The notes under the pieces: model-generated
Seen by the model: the letters and a program-made list of their open reading frames with translations, nothing else
Told to the model about the DNA's origin: nothing
Databases searched by the model: none
Position numbers and translations under genes: made by a program
Shown: positions 1 to 13,362 of the stretch, one piece after another
Layout: each line of letters opens with the position of its first letter
Numbering within the stretch: the first letter of the stretch is position 1
From: the human T2T-CHM13v2.0 reference genome, Homo sapiens
Direction: 5' to 3' (one strand)
Length of the DNA stretch: 64,000 bases
NCBI RefSeq assembly: GCF_009914755.1
Contig: NC_060943.1

Positions 1-169
1 TATGCAACTCACAACTGAACGTCTATCAGCTCAGTCCATGAAATGCCCTCCAAGGAAAGTAAACCTTCTGGTCGGGGCTTAGTAGAAGGGGATCACCAGA
101 AGTAGTAGAGGGAGGCTGAGGAAATGCCAAGTGTTTATAATATTATACAGTTCCACAATTAGTAATGTA

Positions 170-930
170 GTTATCAATTTTTATATGTTTGTTGTTCATT
201 GGGATTTCTCTATAAAGTTTCTGTTCAAATACGTTGTTCCTTTTTTATTAGGTTATCTTTTTAAATTTCATTTTTGTTTTTATATTTTTTGAGATGGGGT
301 CTCACTACAGTGCCAGGCTGGAGTGCAGTGATGAGAATATGGCTCACTGTAGCCATGACCTCCCAAACCAGGCACCTCAGCCTCCTGAGTAGCTGGGACT
401 ACAGGCACACACCACCAAGCTCAGCTAATTGTTGTATTTTTAGTGGAGATGGGGTTTCACCATGTTGCCTAGGCTGAACTTGAACTCCTGGGGAGAAGTG
501 ATCCACCTGCCTCAGCCACCCAAAGTGCTGGGATTACAGATGTGAGTGACAATGAGTATGCCTATGTGTCTTTTTTCTATATATATTTGAAATAATTCTG
601 TGCATATTCTGGGTAAAGATCATTTGCTAATTTGTGTTGCAAATGTGGCTTCTCATTTCATAATGTCTCTTCTAAGTTCTGTATGGTATGTTTAATTTCC
701 TAATTTTAATGTGGTAACATTTAATCAATTTCTCTTCTTTATCATTAGTATATTTTGTATCTGTTTAAGAAATATTTTTCTGCACCAAAACCTTAACATA
801 TGCTCCTATGTTATTTTTTGAAAGCTTCGTAGTTTTGCTTTTCATAGTTAGCTCTATAATCCAGATACAGTTTATTTTGTCAGTGGTGTGAGGTAGGGAT
901 TCAATTTTAATTCTGTTTCCATATAAATAT
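170..930 (-). mobile_element. Old L1 (L1M-type) ORF2/3' fragments, interrupted by an Alu
   Basis: T-rich antisense L1 phrasing such as 'tttgtatctgtttaagaaat' and 'gtggtgtgaggtagggattcaattttaatt'. Confidence 0.65.
272..550 (-). mobile_element. Alu (AluJ-like)
   Basis: T tract followed by 'gagatggggtctcact...ccaggctggagtgcagt...caaagtgctgggattacag'. Confidence 0.93.
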
Positions 931-933
931 CTT

Positions 934-1185
934 TGAGGTGGGAGGATCATTTGGGGCCAGGAGTTTGATTCCAGCCTGGGCAACTTTTTGAGACCCTCAT
1001 CTCTACAAAAAATTTAAAAATGAGCTAGGTTTGGTGGCGCATGCCTGTGGTCTCAGCCACTCATGAGGCTGAGGTGGGAGAATCACTTGAGCCCAGGAGG
1101 TTGAGGCTGCAGTGAGCCATGATCATGCTACTCACTCCAGCCTGGGACACAGTGAGATCCTGTCTCAAATAAATCAATAAATAAT
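934..1185 (+). mobile_element. 5'-truncated AluJ
   Basis: 'gaggtgggaggatcattt...gagcccaggaggttgaggctgcagtgagccatgat' with an A tail. TSD atat(a/g)aatatcttt at 921-934 and 1202-1215. Confidence 0.93.
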
Positions 1186-1436
1186 ATATAAGTTTATAAA
1201 AATATGAATATCTTTATTGTCTAGGGACATTTATTTAAAAATCTACTTTATCCCATTGCTCTTCAGTAATATGTTTATTTATGACTTTTCCATTCTATTG
1301 TGTTGATCTTCCAGATACCAAAGACTTATTATAGAACTAGTGTGATATTGGCTACAGATAGATAAATAAATAAGTCCTCTTACCACTTTCTTCTCCTTCG
1401 AGAGTGTCTTGGGGAAAAACACTTGGAAAATATTGA

Positions 1437-1816
<380 letters not shown>

Positions 1817-2504
1817 ACAGATGGCTATTGTTTTTTAACCCTGAGAGTTGCTGGCCTTCATTTACTCCAGCAATTGCTGGAATATTCATTTAGGGCATTA
1901 GTCCATTTTCATTTAGGGCAGGCACTAATACACATGATTTCAGCTCCTCCATCTAACTCTGTGTTAATTGCTGCTTGCATGCTGTGGCATCCCCTTTCCT
2001 TATGTTGCTTGTTTGATCATGTTTCTGTTCATTTCACTTTTGCCTTTCCTATTAAGAAGTTCTACAGTACTTTCTTTTACATTCATAGCGAATTTCCTTC
2101 TTGTTCCTTTATTCATACACATATTACTTAACTATTATTTTATAGTAAATTAGCAATTTTTCCCCATCAAGATGCACTTCCATTACAATGTCTTAATTTC
2201 CTCCTACCTCACAATTCCTTAATGAGAGCTGTAGAACACTTTGATGTCCCCCAACCCTTCCCATGCTCTATGCCTTCTTATTGCTTCTTACATGATCTTT
2301 GATATTATTTTTTCCTTCCCTCCTCTCTACCTATTGCTGTATGGTAGAATTTATTGAACTAGTTTACCTATTAAAATTTCTGTTAATTTGTGTGCCTTTC
2401 CCTTTGTGTATTTCTAAATATAATTAAACTTCCATATATGTGCATGTGTGTGTTGAATATTTTATGTTTCATATATTAGTCAGGTTCACTGATCACTACT
2501 CTTT

Positions 2505-2747
2505 TTATTCATTTTTATTTTTTATTTTTGAGATGGACTCTTGCTCTTCTGCACTCGGCTGGAGTACAATTACATGATCATGGCTCACTGCAGCCTCTAC
2601 CTCCCAGGCTAAAGTAATCCTTCCATCTCAGCCTCCGAGTAGCTAGGACTACTGGCATGTGCCACCACACACATATAATTTTTTTTTGTATTTTTGTAGA
2701 AACAGGATCTTGCCATGATGCCCATGCTGGCCTTGAATTCCTGGGCT
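2505..2747 (-). mobile_element. 5'-truncated AluJ
   Basis: Alu right arm plus part of the left arm. TSD cactactcttt at 2494-2504 and 2751-2761. Confidence 0.9.
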
Positions 2748-2799
2748 ATCCACTACTCTTTCTTCTTTCTTTCATCTTGTCCATCTTAATTTTTTCATT

Positions 2800-3450
2800 A
2801 AACTCTTTTTTATAGGTATTCTCCTCAGATGAGATACTTAGGTGATGTACTTTCTAAATTCTTGAGTACATTTCTTTCACACAATTATATTTATGATCTA
2901 TTCAGTGGGCATAGAAGTTTCAGTTTGTAGATCTTTTCTCTTACATATCTGTAGACACAGTTCCACTGTCTTCTAGCATCCAGTATTGCAGATGAAAAGT
3001 CTAATGTCTCTAATTTGTGCTTTCTACTTCAAAGCATGAATACATATTTATTTTTCTGTAAAATCCAAGAATCTTATCACATAAGTCTAGATATATGTTT
3101 GTGGGTATATGTGTTTTCTCATCAATTTAGTCCAATCTGTTTAAGTACTTTAAATGTGCAGATATTTCTCAGTTCAGGGAATTTACATATTCATTCTATT
3201 TTGTGTTTAATGAATGCCTCTTGTATATCTGCTTTTTCTTTTCCCATAACTTATTTCATTCATGTTAGACCTCCTAGATTTATCCACTAACCTTATTTTT
3301 TTCCACCGAGTTTATAATCTCTTTTTACTTTTTTCTCTGTTCTTTCAAATACCTCTTGATCTTGATCTGTGTTACTATTAATTCAATCTTAATAGTAACA
3401 AATTGCTTATTTAATTTATTTACTATTTTTTAGTTCAAAACTCATGTTTA
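2800..3450 (-). mobile_element. Old L1 ORF1-like or HAL1 fragment
   Basis: 'ttccactgtcttctagcatccagtattgcagatgaaaagtct' is typical of antisense L1M/HAL1 ORF1. Confidence 0.55.
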
Positions 3451-4279
3451 AAGCCCTGAAAGTATTTTATACTGAAAATTAATTTGCTTAAATTCCACAT
3501 TTAAAAAAAAATCAAGATATTCATCAATCTCACCCAGCAGTCTCTTTTACTGGGTTTGCATATTAATTATTCTGCTCAATCTTCTTCATTAAGGTTTCTG
3601 GGCATTTTTAAATGGGACATTATTATTATTTATGAGTTTATAGAGTTGACTTAGCTTGGGCTGTTGCAGGAATCCTGTGGATGATAAAAGACATGGTGAA
3701 TGCTGGCCCTGAAAGCCTGGGGAGTCCAGGCAGCTGTCACCTGCCATTAAGGCACCTAGAGAGATCGCTAGCTCTCTGATGTCCTTAAACATATCCAGCC
3801 GTAAGTTCAGGGAGGTCACAGTTCACCAGCAGCTTACTCTTTGTCCTTTAAGAATGTCCATAGGCAAGCCCTCCCAGGACATTCCTGTCCTCCTCCGGAG
3901 CTCTGTTGCTACTGTTTGGTTGCTTGTCTAGCATCTATGCTTCCTGCCAGGTCTATGATATTCCAAATACTCACACCACCAAGCTGAATCCTATAGAACC
4001 CAGCAGCCCTGTGCTTTAGGAGAGGCCAGCAGCTTGGATTAGGAAGTGGGGGAGGGAAAAGAGCACTGGATTCACTGTGTCTACAGATTCGCCTTGACAT
4101 CATTTGCCAGGGTGTTCCAAATCATCCTTCACTGCAGGTACGAATTCAGTGGGACAATGTCCAGGGATTTTGCACAAAAAGAATTTCGAATCCAGACATT
4201 TATATCCAACCAAGCAATTATTCCATTGAAAGGGAATAGTAAAGATGTTCTGATTTGATCTTTTTTATCTGAAAAATTG

Positions 4280-5890
4280 TTCAGACAATGTAGGAGAAAG
4301 TTTTCATGACTTTGGGTTAGGCAACAAGTTCTTAGATATGGAATCTTAACTATACTCCATAAAAAAACCAGAAAAATTGGACATGATCAAAATTAAAACT
4401 TTTACTCCAAGAAAGACACTACTGAGAGAGTGAAAATATAAGCTACAAAATGGAAGAAAATATTTAAAATCACATATCCCATAAATAACTTGTATATAGA
4501 ATATATAAATAACTCTTAAAATTTGACAGTAAGATAAGTACTCAATCTTTCAAGTGAACAAAAATCTTAAAAAGGCACTTCACTGAAGAGAATATATGGA
4601 TAACAAATAAGCACATAAATAGATGTTTGACATCATCATTCATGAGGAAAATGGCCACAGCCATACAATACTTCATATTTATTTGAACAGCTAATATATA
4701 TAATATATACAACTTATATATGATGTCTACACAATATGTATTATATATTCAATATATACAATGTGTTCAATATATACATTATATCATATAATGTGTATAT
4801 AATATATAATATATCATATAATGTACATATAATATATACAATATAATATTGTATATATACAGCAATCTATATTGTATGTCTATTATATATACATTGAATT
4901 ATATACATTGTATTATACAAAATATTATATATAATACAATATAAAGTATTGTATATATTATATATTGTATATATAATATATAACATGTTATATATTATAT
5001 ACATTTTGTACTATACATTATAATGTATAATACATATTATATATGTTATAACATGTAATATAACATATATTATGTAATATATTATATAAATTATGTATCA
5101 GACAATATCAGAGAAAGTTCACCAGTTACACTAGAATGTTTGTACATTGCTATTGAGTATCCAAAATGATACAGCCACTCTGGAGATACATGACCCACCA
5201 ATTTAACATCTCAACATTTACTGTAGAGAAATCAAACTTACATTTATGTAAAAACTTGTAAGCAAGTTTATAGCAACTGTATTCACAATCACCAAAAACT
5301 GGAAGCAAATCAAATGTTATTCAATTTGTAAATGAAAACACAAACCATGATACAGCCACACAGTGGAATACTATTCAGCAATATAAAGGAATCAATGTAA
5401 AAAGATTAATGGCTTTCAAAGGCATTATGCTGAGTGAAAGAAGCCAGTTTCAAAAGGCTGCGTACTATACAATTTTATTTATACGACAGTCACAAAAATT
5501 CAAAACTACAGTGATAGAGTTCAGTGGTTCCCAGGAATGAGGACTGAGAGACTGATGTGACTAGAAAGAAAAGCAACAAGGGAGATTGTTTTGTGTGTGA
5601 TACTGTTCTGTACATGTATGGTAGTGATAGTTACAGAAATATATATATGTGTTAATTTTTTAAGAAATGAGCACACACACACAAAAAGTCAATTTTACTA
5701 AAAATTTGTGGTGGCTACATGAATCTATATCTATATATATATATGTTAACTTTCTTAGAAGTGTGCACACACAAAAAAGTCAATTTTGCTAAAACTGATG
5801 ATGGCTACATGAATCTATATATGTGTCATTAATAATGCTTTTTATAAATGTCCACACAAAAAAGTCGAGTTTACTCAAAACTCATTTCAA
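4280..5890 (+). mobile_element. L1MC/L1MD-type 3' part (ORF2 end and 3' UTR)
   Basis: 'gactttgggttaggcaac', 'gtggaatactattcagcaatataaagga', 'attatgctgagtgaaagaagccagtt'. Confidence 0.8.
4690..5100. repeat. Degenerate (TA)n-rich low-complexity tract
   Basis: About 400 bp of tatata/atata/tacat variants. Confidence 0.9.
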
Positions 5891-5989
5891 AAAGAAAAAA
5901 GTAAAATAAAGGCATGGTGGATCAAACCTAAAGCTATGCCTTCTGACTACTTCTAGAAATGGGGAATTGATAACACAGAAGGAATACAA

Positions 5990-6960
5990 TTAAAAATATA
6001 ATATGTTTTCCAGAGCTGAGTTTTTAAAGTACTTTGTACAATAAATAAAAATATATCTACATTTAGACATACCATATCAGTATACTTAGGATAATAAAAT
6101 GTCAAAACATTCAGAAAGTGAAATAAAACGTCCTTTACAAAGGAGCAAGCATTAGCCTGGCATCATGTATCTAATACTTTATACTGGGTGCAAACAAAAA
6201 CAAAAACAGGGCAAGACTTTTAAAGTTCTGGGAGTGTGGTTAGGGAATCTGAGCCAAGTGAGAGAGAATAATAAAGATATTTTCAGGCTGCATGGACTCC
6301 AGAAACACCTCAAAGACACTTTTACTTTGGAAGTCATTTGATGACTGTAGCAACGTGGAGTAAACCAAGAAAGAAAGAGATGTGGACTCCAGATAACAGT
6401 GGATCCAAACTAAGAAATGGTGGATGTTCTATTTCAGGATCACTGCAACTCCCAAGCCCAGAGAGCACCCGGTTCAGACGCAGATGGAAAGATGGTGGCT
6501 GCAGAGGAAACGAAAATTGGAGGGTTATGTGGAATGACTGAGACACTGGAAAAACTGGGGAATATGCTCAAGACGACTAGTGAAGCTGGTTGCCAGGGTT
6601 TGTTTTGTTTTGCTTTTCAGAATTAATTGAAACTTGACTGTGGGTACATTCTTCCCTGTGTGAGTGGCTTAGGGGTCATGATGTTGGACTCCTGGTGAAA
6701 GAATTGCATCTTAATATTCTACTTTGTTCTGCTGTCAGCAACTTTTATATAATCATAATAATGGAAAGACATTGATCAGCCTTTGACTTGTAAAATCACC
6801 CCATAGACAAATCACGGAACGTATAACTTATTACAGTGCAAAATGTAAATGTGATGAATCTTGACAAAATAAAAGAGGTACATTTGAAAGAGGTTGGGAG
6901 GTGAAAATTGAAGAGGTTCAGAGTACTAATACCTTCATTTTACAAAGTTGGAATTAAGAA
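5990..6960 (+). mobile_element. Old L1 ORF1-like or HAL1 fragment
   Basis: 'tctacatttagacatacc...acaaaggagcaagcattagcctggcatca' resembles ORF1-like sequence; strongly diverged. Confidence 0.4.
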
Positions 6961-6984
6961 TCTACAGTTGAGCTAATAAGAAAT

Positions 6985-7226
6985 GATGTAGCATCTAAGA
7001 GAGGGATTCTGAAACCAGACTGCCTGGGTTTGAATGTCAGCTCTGCCATTTATTAGCCATGTGACCTTGGGCACATTACGTAATCTTTCTATGCTCCCAT
7101 TTCCCAATCTGTAAAATGGGGATATTAGCAGTATCTTCTTCAAGTTGCTTAATATATGTAAAGCACTTAGAATAGTGCTTAATATATGTAAAGCACTTAG
7201 AATAGTACTGTATATGTGTTTGCTAT
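6985..7226 (+). mobile_element. MIR
   Basis: Core 'ccagactgcctgggtttgaat...tgtgaccttgggca...atctgtaaaatggggat'. Confidence 0.9.
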
Positions 7227-7559
7227 GAGCTCAGAGATGAACAATAGAAAAACTGGTAAGATGAGTGACAAAAGTAAACGGGAGGAAGGATATAGAAACA
7301 TAATATATTGCAATTGAGCAAAAAATCCAATCCAACAAAGAAGTTAGTAGACAATGTCTACATCCAAGAATTCGAAAATGGTAATTTACAGGTATCACAA
7401 TAGTGATCAGATTTATAAAATGGTTTATTTCTGGTAAATTAGGCTGTGATTTGGTGATAAGAGTGAAGTCTTCTGAACTGTTCAGTTATTCAGCCATGGA
7501 GATGTAGTCTTTTGATTTTTTGTTAAAAGTATGTGGCTGGATTAATAATATAAATAAGT

Positions 7560-8262
7560 CATCTCACTCCAGTTAGAATGGCAATCATTAAAAAGTCAGA
7601 AACAACAGGTGCTGGAGAGGATGTGGAGAAATAGGAACACTTTTACACTGTTGGTGGGACTGTAAATTAGTTCAACCACTGTGGAAGACAGTGTGGCGAT
7701 TCCTCAAGGATCTAGAACTAGAAATACCATTTGACCCAGCGATCCCATTACTGGGTATATATCCAAAGTATTATAAATCATGCTACTATAAAGACACATG
7801 CACACGTATGTTTATTGCAGCACTATTCACAATTGTAAAGACTTGGAACCAACCCAAATGTCCATCAATTATAGACTGGATTAAGAAAACGTGGCACATA
7901 TACACCATGGAATACTATGCAGCCATAAAAAAGGATGAGTTCATGTCCTTTGCAGGGACATGGATGAAGCTGGAAACCATCATTCTCAGCAAACTATCAC
8001 AAGGACAGAAAGCCAAACACCGCATGTTCTTACTCATAGGTGGGAATTGAACAATGAGAATACTTGGACACAGGGCAGGGAACATCACACACTGGGGCCT
8101 GTTATGGGGTGGGGGTCTGGGGGAAGAATAGCATTAGGAGAAATACCTAATGTAAGTGACGCATTGATGGGTGCAGCAAACCAACATGGCACATGTATAC
8201 CTATGTAACAAACCTGCATGTTCTGCACATGTACCCTAGAACCTAAAGTATAATAAAAAAAA
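7560..8262 (+). mobile_element. 5'-truncated L1PA (about L1PA5-7): ORF2 C-terminus, 3' UTR and poly(A)
   Basis: ORF 7691-8050 (WRFLKDLELEIPFDPAIPLLGIYP...HRMFLLIGGN) is the L1 ORF2p C-terminus. G-rich 3' UTR and A tail follow. Confidence 0.97.
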
Positions 8263-8446
8263 TAAGTTGTCTAACTGCTAAATCACTTTTGTGATGAAAT
8301 TGAACAAGGAAAACTTAACCCAATAAAATGAAAGGAAGCAATACAAACAAACAAAAAATCATAGTAAACGGAAAAGATTAAATAAGGAGGCGAGAAATAA
8401 TCGGATATTTAAATATTTGTGATCACTGAATGGACTAAGTGGTCCT

Positions 8447-8861
8447 ATGTGTCAGCCATGAAAACTCGCTGCATGGGAGCACAGTGGGTGACAGCATCAC
8501 CAGTGGCCTCTCTGGGTCCCCCACTGCGTTCCCTCCAAGGCCACCTGAGCCTCAGGCAGCTCTCAGGGATACACATGCAGTCCCGTTTTTACAGGACATG
8601 AGGTTTCTCTAACAGGAAATTTGGCTCCAAGTCTCACCTTGACCAGGCTGGAACTTTCTTGGATCTGAACTGCAGTCAGAGACTCTTCCTCTCCAGTCAT
8701 TCCTTCCCCTTCTGCTTCCCTAGTGGTCAGACCTATTCACTTTCAAAAGGCCCTCCCTGACTTCTGCTTTCGACTTTATTCTTTACTTGCACTCTTCGAA
8801 TAAACAACATGCATGTCTTATTCCTTCTTTGTGTTAACTTTTTGAAGGATCCAAATTGACA
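8447..8861 (+). mobile_element. ERVL-type solo LTR (LTR16/LTR40-like)
   Basis: Starts 'tgtgtcag' and ends 'aataaac...ggatccaaattgaca', giving TG...CA termini with a poly(A) signal. Confidence 0.55.
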
Positions 8862-8864
8862 TAT

Positions 8865-9780
8865 CCTACCAGAAGATATGGTTCTCTGATTTACTGATTA
8901 AACAAGATCCAGCATGTAGCTGTCCTCAGGGATGCAACTGAACAAAACTGCACAGAAAGGCTGAAAATAAAGGGATGGAAAGAAAATGCACAAGATAGAG
9001 GCTTACACAACTAAAAAGGAAAATGCAGACAAGTGGAGCTAATAAAAAAAAAAAGAAAAAAAAGAAAAAATGCAGCAATATTGATATTTAAACACAGAAA
9101 CTGAAAAATTCATGATCATAGAAGGTGACTTTAACGCAACTATTTGAGAAAATACAGATCAAATCAACAGAAATCTGCAAGAATATGGAGAGTGTGAGCA
9201 AAACAAATAAATAAGCCTCAGTGATATACACACAAACACACTCTTTCATAACCCTAAACTTTTTAACACTCACAGAACATTTACAAAATTGTATTATGTA
9301 TTAAACCCAAAAATTAAGATAAATTACAAACAAGCAGAAATCATTCAAACCATTGTTCTCTGACCATAATAAAACTGAATAAGAAATTAATATTAAAAGA
9401 AAGCAAGAGTGTGGGCTGTGGGGTGGGGAAAAGCAACAATCCACTTGGAAAAATTATTTAAGTAACTCTTGATTTAAAGAAAAAAACTCAAGTCATTAAA
9501 AAGTCATAAAAAGCAATAAATGCTATAAATGTCAAAACATGTGGGATATAACCAAAATCGGACTCAGAAAAATATATAGCTATAACTGCATTTTTTAGAA
9601 CCTGAAACAAAACAAGTTAAACAAAAGCTAGGTATAAACAAAGAAGTATTAAAAAAAAAAACAGTAAACTCTAAGAAAGTAATTTAAAAAAAAGAAACAC
9701 AGAGGAAAGTAATTAAACAGAACAGCAATATGAAAAGCACAACTTACCAGTGAATCCAAAAGCCAAATCTTTCTATGTCA
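8865..9780 (+). mobile_element. Old L1 ORF2 endonuclease-region fragment
   Basis: 'gaaaggctgaaaataaagggatggaa', 'ttctctgaccataat', 'aaaacatgtgggatataaccaaaa'. Confidence 0.7.
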
Positions 9781-9929
9781 ACACTGAGGACAACAGTAAG
9801 AAAGTGGACGGGGCCAGGACTGTTCCACCAAATGCCCCTAGAGTGATTTCCTTGATGTAACTCATGTCACCATTTTCACTATGAATGTGGGTGCCTCATA
9901 ACGTGTGCCATTTATGCAAGACTAATTCT

Positions 9930-12300
9930 GTGTTCCTATAGTGTTGCTTTCCTCCATTGCATTACCTTAGCACCTTTGCCAAAAAAGTCGATTTAACATA
10001 TATATATACGTGTGGCTGTATTTTTTGGCTCTCATTCCCTGTTTTGAAACTTTGCTTTCAAATGCATACACATTTAGAATTATTTCCTCTTGGTGAATTC
10101 ACTCCTTTATTATTTTATAGTGTCTTTCTTTTGTCATTGATAGTACTCTTTGTTTTAAAGTCTACTATGTCTGATATTAATGTACTCACTCCAGTTTTCT
10201 TAAGATGAATGTGGGCATGGAAAATCCTTTTCCCATTCTTTTATTTTTAATCATCTATGCCTTTCTATTTGAAGTAGTTCTTTTGTAGACAGCCTATATT
10301 TGTTTTTAGTAGTAGTGCTCTTTATATAATCTGACAATTTCTTCTGACTTTTAATTGGGGTATTTAAGTCAATTATACTTATTGCAATTATAGATAAATT
10401 TAATAGTACCGTTTTGTTAGTTCTTTTTGTTTCATCTGTTTTTTTCCTCTTTATGCCTACTTTTGAATTCAGTAATTTTATGATTTCATTTTATCTTCAC
10501 TATTTGCGTATTAGTTACGCATTTTTAAAAAATTTTTAGTGGTTACTCTATGGTTTCAATATACATCTTTAATTTCTCACCTTCAAATAATTTTATACTG
10601 CTTCAGGTATAATGTAAGACACATAATATTTTCATAATTGCTTCCTCCTTTCTTTGTGCTATTATTGCTGTGTATTTTCCTTTTTAAATAAATTTCATAA
10701 TACATTGTTACTATTTTCACGTTAGATAGATAATTATATTCTAGAGTGGTGAAAATAAGAAAAAAATTCCATTTTTATATTTACTTCATGGTTGCTGTTT
10801 CTAGAGATCTTCATTTCTATATGTAGATCCAAGTTTCTATCTGATATTACATTTCTTTTGCCTGAAGAACATTAATATATTTTGTACTGGCTCCTATTGG
10901 TTAACTGTGAATTCTCTCAGGTTTGTCTTTTTCTTCCTATCTGGAAAGTGTTTATCTCACATTTATTTTTGAAAGGTATTTTAGCTGGATATAGAATTTG
11001 GAGTTAATAGCATTGTTTCCAATACTTTAAAAATGCCTTTCGATTGTTTTCTAGCTTCCTTAGTTACTGAAAAGAATGCTGCTGTAGTTTCCTTCTTTTT
11101 GAAAAGCGTCTTTTCTTTTCTTGCTGCCTTCAAGACTTTTTCTCTTTTTTCATTTTTTTTTTTTTTTTGGCAGTTTCACAGTGATATATCTAGGAGGGGA
11201 TTTTTGTCCTTATCTTTTAGAATTTTTTCTGATTTTTTGAAATTCTTGGGGCTTTGATTTGGTGTTCATTGCTAATAAAAAAAAAAAACTTGACCATTAT
11301 CTCAATAAATACGTTTTTTACCTCACCTTTTGTCTTCTATGGCATTCCATTTGTATGCTTATTTAACAGTTTGATATTATCCCGCACCTTTTAAATGCTT
11401 TGTTCTGATTTATTTTTCACTCTTTTCTCTTCCTTTTGTGTTTCAATTTGCATAATTTTATTAAATTGTCTTCAAATTCACTGATTCTTCTTTCAGTTGT
11501 GTTGAGTGTACTGATGAGCTCATTAAAGGAATTCACTTCTGGTATGTATTTTAAAAAATATCTAGTATATCCGTTTGACTTTTTTCTTATGGTTTCCCTC
11601 TGACGGCAGAAATTCCCCCATCTAATTACAGATATGTTCATTTTTTTCCCACTGGATCTTTTATACATTAATCACTGTTATTGTTAAATTGTTATCTGAT
11701 GGTTTCTACATCTGGTTATTTACGAGTCTGACCATGAGTTGCGTTTTGTTTTCTGCTGTGTTTTTGTTGAGACTGTGTGTGTATGTGTGTATGTGTGTGT
11801 GTGTCTGTGTGTGTGGTGTGTGTATGTGTATGTGTGTGTTGATCTTTTATATATCTTGTAATTTTTGCCTGAATGTTGGCATCGTGTGTAGACCAGAGAT
11901 ACTGAGATAAATAGCATTTATTCCTCAATATTTGCATTTTTCTTGTTTTGTTTGGCTGCTAGTACGGTTTGAGTCAATCTAGTCAGAAATTGGTTTTATT
12001 GTTGCCATGGTTACCCTCCATGCACAATCTTTAACTTCCATTAGTAATGGGTTGTTTTCATTTTGTGCTTGAGTGCAGGCTGATGAGCCTAAATACGTTT
12101 CTCAGAATTACTGCTACAGCCTCAGATTTTAAACAATCTTTGCTCACCTGCACCACAGGAGGGGTCTCTCACCATTCTTTTGCCTCTTCTACAGTGGTAG
12201 AGTGCTGTTGCTTCTTTTGGTGCTTGTCAGATAAGTAGTAATTGTCAACAAGGCTTCTCTCTTGTCCTTTTCCAGCCTTAATCTTATAAAAGTCTTCTGT
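9930..12300 (-). mobile_element. Old L1 (L1MC/L1M4-type) 5' UTR, ORF1 and ORF2 start, antisense
   Basis: 'aaagtctactatgtctgatattaat', 'ttttgaaaggtattttagctggatatagaatt', 'tcttcaaattcactgattctt'. Confidence 0.8.
11775..11840. repeat. Imperfect (TG)n microsatellite
   Basis: Directly visible. Confidence 0.95.
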
Positions 12301-12309
12301 GCCGTGGCA

Positions 12310-13125
12310 CAAAATGGCAAATAAAGACATAAAACTACACCCAACTTTATTAGTCATTAGAGAAGTGCAATTTAAAACCATAATGAGATACCACTACATC
12401 CAGAACTAAAATTAAAAAGCCTGAGAATACCAAAAGTTGACCAGTATGTGGAGTTACTGGAACCTTCATACACTGCTGTTGACAATACAAAGAGGTACAT
12501 TCACTTGGAGAAAACAGTTTGGGACTTTCTTATAAAGCTAAACACATACTGACCATATAATGGAAAAATCCCTTTTAGGTATTTTCCTAAGAGAAATGAA
12601 AATATACTTTCACACAAAGACTTGTTTCATATATGTTCATAGTAGCTTTATTCCTAATAGCCCCGAACGGGAAACAACTCAAATGTCTATCCACTGGTGA
12701 ATGGGTAAACAAATTGTAGTATAGTCATACAAGAGAATATTACTCATCAATAAAAAAGAAATTACTACTCCCCATAATATAGAAGAATCTCAAAAGTATT
12801 ATGCGGAATGAAATAAGCCAGACATATAAAACTTCTTTATATTATATAATTCTGTTGATATAAAATTCCCAAATACATAAAAACTAATGAAAGCAGTTGT
12901 TTTTGTCATCATGGTAGAGACCACAAAAACAACAGCTTTCATGGTAGAGAGAGAATTTACTGTAAAGGAGCCTGAAGAAACTTTCTGGAGTCATGGAAAT
13001 ATTCTACATCTTGATGTTGGTGGTAGTTACAAACCATGTGCATTTGTCAAAATTTATCAAACTGTATACTTGGAACTGGTGAATTGTGTTGTATATAAAT
13101 TATACCCAGTGATTAAAAGTAAAAG
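12310..13125 (+). mobile_element. L1ME/L1MC-type 3' end
   Basis: 'attagtcattagagaagtgcaatttaaaaccataatgagataccactaca', 'ggtgaatgggtaaacaaattgt'. Confidence 0.85.
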
Positions 13126-13254
13126 GTGAATAATTATTCCAGTTGAATAAGGGGAGCAGGCATAGGCTGGGGGAAGATCTATGCTCTTGAACCCTTCTTT
13201 AGCTGAAGCACTTCTTAGGAACCACTAAACTTCCATACATCTCAGTCTGAAAAT

Positions 13255-13362
13255 CAGTGGCTTAGTTTTCCCCACTTGCACGCACTTGAAAATGAGAGCC
13301 AGAGGGGATGTGAATTTCCCAGGTCGTATAGTTTAATAATCAGCTCTAGGATTTTAACCAGA
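13255..13362 (-). mobile_element. MIR fragment
   Basis: 'gaaaatgagagccagagggg...cccaggtcgtatag...ggattttaacc'. Confidence 0.55.

Noticed and set aside
7691-8050. 119-aa ORF with a real protein match
   Set aside because: It is the L1 ORF2p C-terminus in a 5'-truncated copy, not a gene. The same applies to 30004-30444.
9930-13125. Antisense L1 5' half abutting a sense L1 3' end (second possible twin-priming event)
   Set aside because: No TSD found and both parts are too diverged to assign to one subfamily; independent insertions are equally likely.
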